Assembly (NCBI GenBank): GCA_950097015.1
Contig: CATNEN010000025.1
Coordinates: 8,432,001 to 8,496,000, forward strand
DNA length: 64,000 bases
Source: Macrostomum hystrix
Taxonomy: Eukaryota > Animalia > Platyhelminthes
Direction of reading: 5' to 3'
Under the pieces are notes generated by a model. That model worked only from the letters and a program-made list of their open reading frames with translations. It ran no database searches and was not told the origin of the DNA. Positions 47,805 to 59,038 of this stretch are shown piece by piece. Both the position numbers and the translations under genes were made by a program. How positions within the stretch are numbered: the stretch's first letter is position 1; the number at the start of each line of letters is the position of its first letter.

Positions 47805-49660
47805 GCCCTACCTCTCATTCTCTCTCAATCTTCCTCTCATTCTCTCAATCCAACTCTCATTCTCTCACTCCATCTCTCATTCTCTCACCCTACCTCTCAT
47901 TCTCTCTCAATCTGCCTCTCATTCTCTCACTCCATCTCTCATTCTCTCACCCTACCCCTCATTCTTTCACTCTACCTCTCATTCTCTCACCCTACCTCTC
48001 ATTCTCTCACTCTACCCCTCATTATCTCACCCTACCCCTCATTCTCTCACTCTACCCCTCATTCTCTCACTCTACCTCTTATTCTCTCAATTTACCTCTC
48101 ATTCCCTTAATCTACCTCTAATTCTCACTCTACCTCTCATTCTCTCATTCTACCCTTCATTCTCTCACTCTACCCCTCATTCTCTCACTCTACCTCTTAT
48201 TCTCTCAATCTACCTCTCATTCCCTTAATCTACCTCTAATTCTCAATCTACCTCTCATTCTCTCACTCTACCTCTTATTCTCTCACTCTACCCCTCATTC
48301 TCTCACTCTACCCCTCATTCTCTCACTCTACCCCTCATTCTCTCACTCTACCTCATATTCTCTCAATCTACCTCTTATTCTCTCAATCTACCTCTAATTC
48401 TTACTCTACCTCTCATTCTCTCACTCTACCTCATTCTCTCAATCTACCTCTCATTCCCTTAATCTACCTCTAATTCTCAATCTACCTCTAATTCTCTCAC
48501 CCTACCTCTCATTCTCTCACTCTACCCATCATTCTCTCACTCTACCTCTTATTCTCTCAATCTACCTCTCATTCCCTTAATCTACCTCTAATTCTCACTC
48601 TACCTATCATTCTCTCACTCTACCCCTCATTCTCTCACCCCACCCCTCATTCTCTCACTCTACCCCTCATTCTCTCACTCTACCCCTCATTCTCTCACTC
48701 TACCCCTCATTCTCTCACTCTACCTCATATTCTCTCAATCTACCTCTTATTCTCTCAATCTACCTCTAATTCTTACTCTACCTCTCATTCTCTCACTCTA
48801 CCTCTTATTCTCTCACTCTACCCCTCATTCTCTCACTCTACCCCTCATTCTCTCACTCTACCCCTCATTCTCTCACTCTACCTCATATTCTCTCAATCTA
48901 CCTCTTATTCTCTCAATCTACCTCTAATTCTTACTCTACCTCTCATTCTCTCACTCTACCTCATTCTCTCAATCTACCTCTCATTCCCTTAATATTCCTC
49001 TAATTCTCAATCTACCTCTAATTCTCTCACCCTACCTCTCATTCTCTCACTCTACCCATCATTCTCTCACTCTACCTCTTATTCTCTCAATCTACCTCTC
49101 ATTCCCTTAATCTACCTCTAATTCTCACTCTACCTATCATTCTCTCACTCTACCCCTCATTCTCTCACCCCACCCCTCATTCTCTCACTCTACCCCTCAT
49201 TTTCTCACTCTACCCCTCATTCTCTCACTCTATCCCTCATTATCTCACTCTACCCCTCCTTTTCTCACTCTACCAATCATTCTCTCACTCTACCTCTCAT
49301 TCTCTCACTCTATCCCTCATTATCTCACTCTACCCCTCCTTTTCTCACTCTACCAATCATTCTCTCACTCTACCTCTCATTCTCTCACTCTATCCCTCAT
49401 TATCTCACTCTACCCCTCCTTTTCTCACTCTACCAATCATTCTCTCACTCTACCTCTCATTCTCTCACTCTATCCCTCATTATCTCACTCTACCCCTCAT
49501 TCTCTCACTCTATCCCTCATTATCTCACTCTACCCCTCATTTTCTCACTCTACCAATCATTCTCTCACTCTACCTCTCATTCTCTCACTCTACCCCTCAT
49601 TCACTCACTCTACCCCTCATTCTCTCTCAATCTACATCTCATTCTCTCTCACTCTCCCTT
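47805..49660. repeat. Minisatellite, about 20-bp unit ATTCTCTCACTCTACCCCTC with higher-order blocks
   Basis: Direct tandem copies. Confidence 0.95.
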
Positions 49661-50261
49661 TAAACCACAATGCACAAGAATGGGAAGATTTGAAGGGGCA
49701 TTTCCAGAGCAAAGCTCATTAACGCCATGAGAGCAGTTTTGAGTCTCGTGCTCACTATCTGCTGTACACTTTAAGCTCTGCTAAGTAATCTCGACCCTAT
49801 GAGCAAGATTAATCCATAAACCGCTGCCTCCTCGTAAAAGTGCACCCGCACCAACCAGCAGGTACAGGACAGCAGACGTGGATGTTTGATTGACAGCTCA
49901 ACTTCTAGAATAAAATGCCACACTGTTTTACCCCGGCTTGTCAACTTTTCTGAACAAATGACACGGACTGCTAAACTAAGTTAAAAACGTACAATTATAG
50001 ATGTAGAACTACATTAAGGACTGGAGCATTTAGAGGCCACAAGGAATTTTCCGCAACATGTCGCCCCCCCAGATTCTTTCGCTTAAAAGTGCAAGCACAG
50101 CACAGCGCTTGGACAACGGAAATGCAAACAGCGTAATAGGAAAGTTTCATGCTAGTTAATACTGCATGCGTTCGTGAAGGGCATTCGTTTAATTATATAA
50201 ACATCATTCGAATTTTAGGTAAACTAGGTGTCGTAACTAAATACTCTGTAGTGACTTAGCA

Positions 50262-52197
50262 GTGTCAGCTAAATCAGCAGTGAATTGTAGCTGACTATTA
50301 TCACATTGTCAGCAGTGAATTGTAGGTGACTATTATCACAATGTCAGCAGTGAATTGTAGCTGACTATTATCACATTGTCAGCAGTGAATTGTAGGTGAC
50401 TATTATCACAATGTCAGCAGTGAATTGTAGGTGACTATTATCACATTGTCAGCAGTGAATTGTAGGTGACTATTATCACAATGTCAGCAGTGAATTGTAG
50501 CTGACTATTATCACATTGTCATCAGTGAATTGTAGGTGACTATTATCACAATGTCAGCAGTGAATTGTAGCTGAATATTATCACAATGTCAGCAGTGAAT
50601 TGTAGCTGACTATTATCACATTGTCAGCAGTGAATTGTAGGTGACTATTATCACAATGTCAGCAGTGAATTGTAGCTGACTATTATCACATTGTCATCAG
50701 TGAATTGTAGGTGACTATTATCACAATGTCAGCAGTGAATTGTAGCTGAATATTATCACAATGTCAGCAGTGAATTGTAGGTGACTATTATCACATTGTC
50801 AGCAGTGAATTGTAGCTGACTATTATCACATTGTCAGCAGTGAATTGTAGCTGACTATTATCACATTGTCAGCAGTGAATTGTAGCTGACTATTATCACA
50901 ATGTCAGCAGTGAATTGTAGCTGACTATTATCACATTGTCAGCAGTGAATTGTAGCTGACTATTATCACAATGTCAGCAGTGAATTGTAGCTGACTATTA
51001 TCACAATGTCATCAGTGAATTGTAGCTGACTATTATCACATTGTCATCAGTGAATTGTAGGTGACTATTATCACAATGTCAGCAGTGAATTGTAGCTGAC
51101 TATTATCACAATGTCAGCAGTGAATTGTAGGTGACTATTATCACAATGTCAGCAGTGAATTGTAGGTGACTATTATCACAATGTCAGCAGTGAATTGTAG
51201 GTGACTATTATCACATTGTCAGCAGTGAATTGTAGGTGACTATTATCACATTGTCAGCAGTGAATTGTAGGTGACTATTATCACATTGTCATCAGTGAAT
51301 TGTAGGTGACTATTATCACATTGTCAGCAGTGAATTGTAGGTGACTATTATCACATTGTCAGCAGTGAATTGTAGGTGACTATTATCACAATGTCAGCAG
51401 TGAATTGTAGGTGACTATTATCACATTGTCAGCAGTGAATTGTAGGTGACTATTATCACATTGTCAGCAGTGAATTGTAGGTGACTATTATCACATTGTC
51501 AGCAGTGAATTGTAGGTGACTATTATCACATTGTCATCAGTGAATTGTAGGTGACTATTATCACATTGTCAGCAGTGAATTGTAGGTGACTATTATCACA
51601 TTGTCAGCAGTGAATTGTAGCTGACTATTATCACAATGTCAGCAGTGAATTGTAGGTGACTATTATCACATTGTCAGCAGTGAATTGTAGGTGACTATTA
51701 TCACATTGTCAGCAGTGAATTGTAGGTGACTATTATCACATTGTCAGCAGTGAATTGTAGGTGACTATTATCACATTGTCAGCAGTGAATTGTAGGTGAC
51801 TATTATCACAATGTCAGCAGTGAATTGTAGGTGACTATTATCACAATGTCAGCAGTGAATTGTAGCTGACTATTATCACAATGTCAGCAGTGAATTGTAG
51901 GTGACTATTATCACAATGTCAGCAGTGAATTCTAGCTGACTATTATCACAATGTCAGCAGTGAATTGTAGCTGACTATTATCACAATGTCAGCAGTGAAT
52001 TGTAGGTGACTATTATCACAATGTCAGCAGTGAATTCTAGCTGACTATTATCACAATGTCAGCAGTGAATTGTAGCTGACTATTATCACAATGTCAGCAG
52101 TGAATTGTAGGTGACTATTATCACAATGTCAGCAGTGAATTCTAGCTGACTTTTATCACAATGTCAGCAGTGAATTCTAGCTGACTATTATCACAAT
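50262..52197. repeat. Minisatellite, 35-bp unit GTCAGCAGTGAATTGTAG(G/C)TGACTATTATCACA(T/A)T, about 55 copies
   Basis: Direct tandem copies without spacers. Confidence 0.97.
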
Positions 52198-52796
52198 GTG
52201 ACCGTTCGCTCGTAGACTGATAAATACAAAATAAAGAAGTATTTACAAACTGACCAGCTCCTGAACAGCCAGTTCAACCTGCCTGAAATCTAGTTTTTTT
52301 ACGACAATAGACTGAACCAGTTGCTAAAAATGTCCATTAATTCTCTATATTATTAATGGCATATGTAAGACAATGACAATACATGCTGTACAAAACGTTG
52401 TGTACATTCAAACAATTATTTCAGGACAGAAAAGTAAAAATATTTACTCGTGCTTTTGAATACAATTAAGTCTTTTAACTCGTACAACAATGAACACTCC
52501 AAATGCGGTACAGAATATGTTTGTGCTCAAACCGAACGCCAGGGGGAGAAGATAAACTGTTTTTTAATGAAACCAGTTTTGTTTAAAAACTATAGGTTTT
52601 AAATAGGAAAGGAAACACAATGGGCTAGATTTAGACACCAAATAACTTACCAAATGGCATGTGACTTCTATAGTTTCACGAGAAAGTTTTGGTTATTATT
52701 GAACGAGAGAAAAAAAAGAAGAAAAACAACTGGACGCTAAACAATGTGACTCCTTTTCTGAGTGAGTCTATATGAGTCGATGGAAAAAACTCTATA

Positions 52797-53010
52797 GGGG
52801 GTTGTAGCCTAGTGGCAAGATCGTCGAACTCACGACTTGAAGGTCGGTGGTTCGAATCCCAACTCCACTGGAACAATTCGTGCCCGTTAGCAAGGCACTT
52901 AAATATGCATTTCTTCAGTTCGGGTAATTGAGGGTGTCGCGTCACAGCCTTCAGATGCGCCGCGCAATAGCTGCGGCTGTGCTGTCGGCTCACATTGTTA
53001 CCAATTGTTT
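52797..53010 (+). mobile_element. SINE family A copy with the best-preserved tRNA-like head
   Basis: GGGGGTTGTAGCCTAGTGGCAAGATCGTCGAACTCACGACTTGAAGGTCGGTGGTTCGAATCCCAACTCCACTGGAACAATTCGTGCCCGTTAGCAAGGCACTTAA...CAGATGCGCCGCGCAATAGCTGCGGCTGTGCTGTCGGC. Confidence 0.85.
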
Positions 53011-53099
53011 TTTTCATGTAAAGTAATTTGGATAGTAAGATATATAGTTTAGATAGACATATTTGGTAGGCAGGTAGGTAATTAGGTAGCTAGGATATA

Positions 53100-53455
53100 A
53101 TAATAATTGACACTAGACCCAAGGGCCAGTGCAGGTGTTGTGTGTCAGGCACACTCCCCGGCTCTCCCGGACACCGGTTGACAGCCGCGTGTCAGCAATG
53201 GAATTTATTTTTTCCAAACATATCGGCAGCATCCAAACCCCACTGATTTGCCGCACAGAAACTGCTTTATTCCACGCCAGCCGGAATTATTATTACCCGA
53301 CGAAATGTCGGTACTCATTTGCAGCTGAGTAGACTGTGTGCACATCAGGGCAAAGCAGCTTGCCAAAGGCTGCACGAATAGTTCTAGACTAGGTCGGGAG
53401 TCGAACCCAGGACTAGATCCAGAGTCCGACACCTTACTGACTGAGCTATCCGCCC
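53100..53455 (-). mobile_element. Third tRNA-derived SINE-like element (single copy in window)
   Basis: Reverse complement reads GGGCGGATAGCTCAGTCAGTAAGGTGTCGGACTCTGGATCTAGTCCTGGGTTCGACTCCC...GTGCAGCCTTTGGCAAGCTGCTTT...GTCTACTCAGCTGCAAATGAGTACC...GGGTCTAGTGTCAATTATTA. A and B boxes are present, with no acceptor-stem pairing. Confidence 0.7.
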
Positions 53456-54789
53456 TTTTAGCTAGGATGGTAGGCAAATGGTCAGGTATGGTCAGGTATA
53501 GCCAGATAAGGTACGTAGATGGTTGGTTAGTAAGTCGTCTAAATTAGCCAGCAAATAGGAAATTCTGGCCATTTCGCTGACTTCTGAGCTCAGCTATACT
53601 CAAACTCCAATAGCAGTTTTGTATACAACAGCAGAAGCAATTAAATGATTTCCAATTCCAGTTTGGAGGCATGCACCCGTGGCAACCGACTGCAACCAGA
53701 CTTTGATTCTTTCTTGCTCAAAATAGTGTTTAAGAAACACTCGAGAAGCATGTCTCAGCTGATTAAATTTTAGTTTATCTAACTTCTAGGCAAGCTTATA
53801 CGCGCGTCGAGTTGAACTCTAAATGATAAAAAGCCAGATTTTTAGGGCAGAACGGCACGCATTTTCAGTGACCTAAAAACCAAAAGAAGTGTTTTCAAAT
53901 GAGTTTCATGCAAGCCATTTTTTAGGGCGCCAACACCAAAACAATACAGGTGGTTCTAAAGACGTTGATATAAAAGAGATATATTACAACAGAAAAATCT
54001 AATTTTTATTTGTCTTCTCTGGATCGCCTAATCGTGGATTTTTAAATCTTCCAATAATCAACGTTCGGGTGGTACAAAGTCTGATATTGGAAATTTTGTC
54101 AATTTATCATAGCCACTAGCCAGCATTTCCATTCGCTAATAATAGCGAAATGCATGCATGATAGGACATGAAATGAACAGTTTTGTCTGGTTACTATACT
54201 TAACTGGCTGAAGCGAAAGCTGCACACACATTTTACACATTGAGCTTTAACAAAAAAGTTTCTATTTCAATCTTAGATACACATCTAGTTCTCTTAGGCA
54301 TGGCCCACTGTTTTGGCAGACAATCTCTGGGACAACTATCAAACCAGCAACCCCAACCTCCGCTCAGCAATGGAAAAATGCGTTTGGAGAGATTCGGGCG
54401 CGGAAATTTCCATTCCAGCAACTCCCACCCACCTCCCTCCCGCCTCCGCCCAGTCCTTTCGTCCTTCCTCGACTCTCGCCTGAATATTCTCTCCCCCAAA
54501 ATTCTACACGGCCTGTCATTGGCTGAGATGGGACAATTTATTTAGGTCAAGCTTAGCTGTCTGGTTTGTTATTTTCTAGGTAATGGGGGCAAAATATGAG
54601 AGCAGGCAATGGAAGGAAAATCTTACTATTTAAAAGGAGCTAAATTTGAGATTTTACCGAACTACCCGCCAACCTTTCAACAGCGTAACTTGATTGATAA
54701 AATATAATTTGAATTAAAGTATTTCACCAATTTGTTAAAATTCAACTCAACAATTAATACCGGCGCATTCGGTTCAATAGATTCCTGCG

Positions 54790-54831
54790 ATGCCATTGAA
54801 AAAGTACATAACTGACCTGTGGTCAAAGAAG
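54790..54831 (+). CDS. Candidate alternative first coding exon of the SLC6 gene (MPLKKYITDLWSKK)
   Basis: ATG at 54790, 14 open codons ending AAG|GTGAGT (phase 0), compatible with the acceptor at 56277. Confidence 0.35.
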
Positions 54832-55647
54832 GTGAGTTCGATTTCATTGTTGATCGGTTCATTAACTAAACCAGCTAAAGTCGAGATTATAATCAATCGA
54901 TATTATAATGGAAGATTAACAGTTGCAGAATGTTCAAAATAATTCGCGTAAGACTCGTACAATACAATACAATAAGTACAATGTCCACCGACCACAAGTG
55001 GCCTGAAAAGGGGGGCATTGTCAAAAAACACGCCTGGCCGCACGCCTGGCGTCTTCTAACAGACAGTCGATGAACCTCCGGGTTCGCGCCTGACCTCGCC
55101 GGTATGGGCCCTGCTGCGTGTGCAGATCTGGCAGGGCGTCGCTTTGAAGCACGACTCGAACTGAGCGGAAAGCCGCCCAGGCGAGCCCTCTGCGACGTCG
55201 CAAATCCTCTTGGACACTGGGTACAAGACCGCCAAGATACCGGAACTGCTCACATCGGGGTAGGGATGTTGCCCTAGGACTCGTACGTACTCGTACTCGT
55301 ACATACGTAGGATGTTGCGTAGGACTTGTACATTGTATAGTATCGTCATTTTCTAAAAATGTAAAAAATAGTGTCTAGTATAGCTTAACTATTCTGCTAC
55401 GAAATTAAAAAACTATCTCAAGGACATGGGCATAGAAAAGAGTCATAAAGAGTCATAAACTCAAAAGAGTCACTGGTCATAAACGTCGTATTAAACTGCC
55501 CACAACTTCGGGCCATAGATATATTTGGGGCGAGCATCGATGATGCATCTTATGCAACACGCTTGAATTGTCTATGGGTAAGAAGCCATTCTCTACTAAA
55601 TAATTTAGTCATCGAGACAAGAACGAAATCTAAAAAAAAAATCGAAA

Positions 55648-58600
55648 ATGTATCGCTTCCAGGTAAGTCTTAACATCAGAATACGCTTCGTCATCACTGC
55701 ACAGCGTACATGTACTGCTGCTGTACAGGGTTAAAATTCTTTGGAATTTTCCAAACGCACTTAGCATGTCTGGCTCTCCCTCCTCCGCGCGCTCATATTC
55801 TCTCTAGCCGATGCCGCGCGTACATTGAACTGGAGCATCAACCTCATTGCTAATAGCTTCCTTCTTCCATCTCCTATTATTTGGGAAAAACAGTAACGTT
55901 TAAAAATGATGTATTTAGTTACTATGGCGACTGTGTCAATTGGAATCTTTCATTGTAGCAAAGGGACAATTCGTTAAATAAAAGTCTCGAATTTCGGTCA
56001 AACATCTGGACTAAAAAGTTTAGAAAATGTCAAAAGTGCAAACTCTTAGGATCTCAATTGGCGAACGAAGTCCTGACACATTAATTTAAAACTGAAATTT
56101 AGGATGACACAAGAAAGAAAGTTAAATTTGGCGCCCCTAAAACACTTCCTTCAAACTGCTTTGTTAATCTTCTACTCCACTTCAAACTCAGTCATGCTAT
56201 AAAGTGTCACTCATTCACGCTATCAAATTGTAACTCATTCAACAAATTCTCAAAACCTCAAACCTGACTACGCCCAGAACTGTAAGCAGGATGGAGGCGG
56301 CACAGCGGACGCCGATCCAGACGCCGAAGTCCCTGAAGCCGCTGCTGAAGCCGCCGACTGTCGCGATGTGGCGGCAATCGCGCAGTCATCCTACACAATG
56401 GCCACTCTGGACTCGCTAGTAGAGCCACGAGAGCACTGGCCACATCACATGGACTTCATTCTGAGCTGCGTTGGCTATGCGGTGGGCTTCGGGTCCATCT
56501 GGAGGTGAGTCAGCTGGAGGTGGACTGGCTAGATCAGAAGGGCCGACATCAGAGACAGGCTAGATCAGACAGACAGACACCAGAGACAGGCTAGATCAGA
56601 CAGACAGACACTAGAGACAGGCTAGATCAGACAGACAGACACCAGAGACAAGCTAGATCAGACAGACAGACACCAGAGACAGGCTAGATCAGACAGACAG
56701 ACACTAGAGACAGGCTAGATCAGACAGACAGACACCAGAGACAAGCTAGATAAGACAGACAGACACCAGAGACAGGCTAGATCAGACAGACAGACACCAG
56801 AGACAGGCTAGATCAGACAGACAGACACTAGAGACAGGCTAGATCAGACAGACAGACACCAGAGACAGGCTAGATCAGACAGACAGACACCAGAGACAAG
56901 CTAGATCAGACAGACAGACACCAGAGACAGGCTAGATCAGACAGACAGACACCAGTGACAGGCTAGATCAGACAGACAGACACCAGAGACAGGCTAGATC
57001 AGACAGAAAGACACCAGTGACAGGCTAGATCAGACAGACAGACACCAGAGACAGGCTAGATCAGACAGAAAGACACCAGAGACAGGCTAGATCAGACAGA
57101 CCGACACTAGAGACAGGCTAGATCAGACAGAAAGACACCAGTGACAGGCTAGATCAGACAGGCAGACACCAGAGACAGGCTAGATCAGACAGAAAGACAC
57201 CAGAGACAGGCTAGATCAGACAGACCGACACTAGAGACAGGCTAGATCAGAGAGAAAGACACCAGAGACAGGCTAGATCAGACAGACCGACACTAGAGAC
57301 AGGCTAGATCAGAGAGAAAGACACCAGTGACAGGCTAGATCAGACAGGCAGACACTAGAGACAGGCTAGATCAGACAGACCGACACCAGTGACAGGCTAG
57401 ATCAGACAGACAGACAGGCAGACACCAGAGACAGGCTAGATCAGACAGACAGACAGGCAGACACCAGAGACAGGCTAGATCAGACAGAAAGACACCAGAG
57501 ACAGGCTAGATCAGACAGACCGACACTAGAGACAGGCTAGATCAGACAGAAAGACACCAGTGACAGGCTAGATCAGACAGGCAGACACCAGAGACAGGCT
57601 AGATCAGAGAGAAAGACACCAGAGACAGGCTAGATCAGACAGAAAGACACCAGAGACAGGCTAGATCAGACAGACCGACACTAGAGACAGGCTAGATCAG
57701 AGAGAAAGACACCAGTGACAGGCTAGATCAGACAGGCAGACACCAGAGACAGGCTAGATCAGACAGGCAGACACCAGAGACAGGCTAGATCAGACAGACC
57801 GACACTAGAGACAGGCTAGATCAGACAGACCGACACCAGTGACAGGCTAGATCAGACAGACAGACAGGCAGACACCAGAGACAGGCTAGATCAGACAGGC
57901 AGACAGGCAGACACCAGAGACAGGCTAGATCAGACAGGCAGGCAGTCAGACACCAGAGACAGGCTAGATCAGACAGACAGACACCAGTGACAGGCTAGAT
58001 CAGACAGGCAGACAGACAGACACCAGAGACAGGCTAGATCAGACAGACAGACAGGCAGACACCAGAGACAGGCTAGATCAGACAGACAGACAGGCAGACA
58101 CCAGAGACAGGCTAGATCAGACAGGCAGACAGGCAGACACCAGAGACAGGCTAGATCAGACAGACAGACAGGCAGACACCAGAGACAGGCTAGATCAGAC
58201 AGACAGACAGGCAGACACCAGAGACAGGCTAGATCAGACAGACAGACAGGCAGACACCAGAGACAGGCTAGATCATACAGGCAGGCAGGCAGACACCAGA
58301 GACAGGCTAGATCAGACAGACAGACAGGCAGACACCAGAGACAGGCTAGATCAGACAGACAGACAGGCAGACACCAGAGACAGGCTAGATCAGACAGGCA
58401 GGCAGTCAGACATGCCTCCCGCACCACTTCAGGTTCCCTTACCTGTGCTACAAGAACGGAGGCGGTGCATTCCTGATTCCTTACATTATCTTCATGACTA
58501 TCTGCGGTGTGCCACTGTTCTTCTTGGAGTTGGCCATCGGACAGTTCTCAGGTGAGAAATGGATTGTTCTGTGATATTAAATACCCGAGTATTTGAGTTT

Positions 58601-59004
58601 TTCCTTGATAATGGACCATGATACAGTCTATATGTGCTTGGCACTCCGTTATTCCGTCTGTCTATTATTGTGTCATTCTGTCTATCTGTATGTCTGTCAT
58701 TCTGTCTGCCTGTATGTCTGTCATTCTGTCTGCCTGTCACTCTGTCTGTCTGTCACTCTGTCTGTCTGTCATTCTGTCATTCTGTCATTCTGTCTACCTG
58801 TATGTCTGTCACTCTGTCTGTCTGTCACTCTGTCTGTCTGTCACTCTGTCTGTCTGTCACTCTGTCTGTCTGTCATTCTGTCATTCTGTCATTCTGTCTA
58901 CCTGTATGTCTGTCATTCTGTCTGCCTGTCACTCTGTCTGTCTGTCACTCTGTCTGTCTGTCATTCTGTCATTCTGTCATTCTGTCTACCTGTATGTCTG
59001 TCAC

Positions 59005-59038
<34 letters not shown>

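Noticed and set aside
50262-52197. CRISPR-like 35-bp partially palindromic repeats (also 28505-29390 and 42219-42602)
   Set aside because: Units are contiguous with no unique spacers, there are no cas genes, and the context is eukaryotic.
52797-52875. tRNA-Val-like gene (also 30070-30146 and 53385-53455)
   Set aside because: A/B boxes are present but acceptor stems do not pair, and each continues into a shared SINE body.
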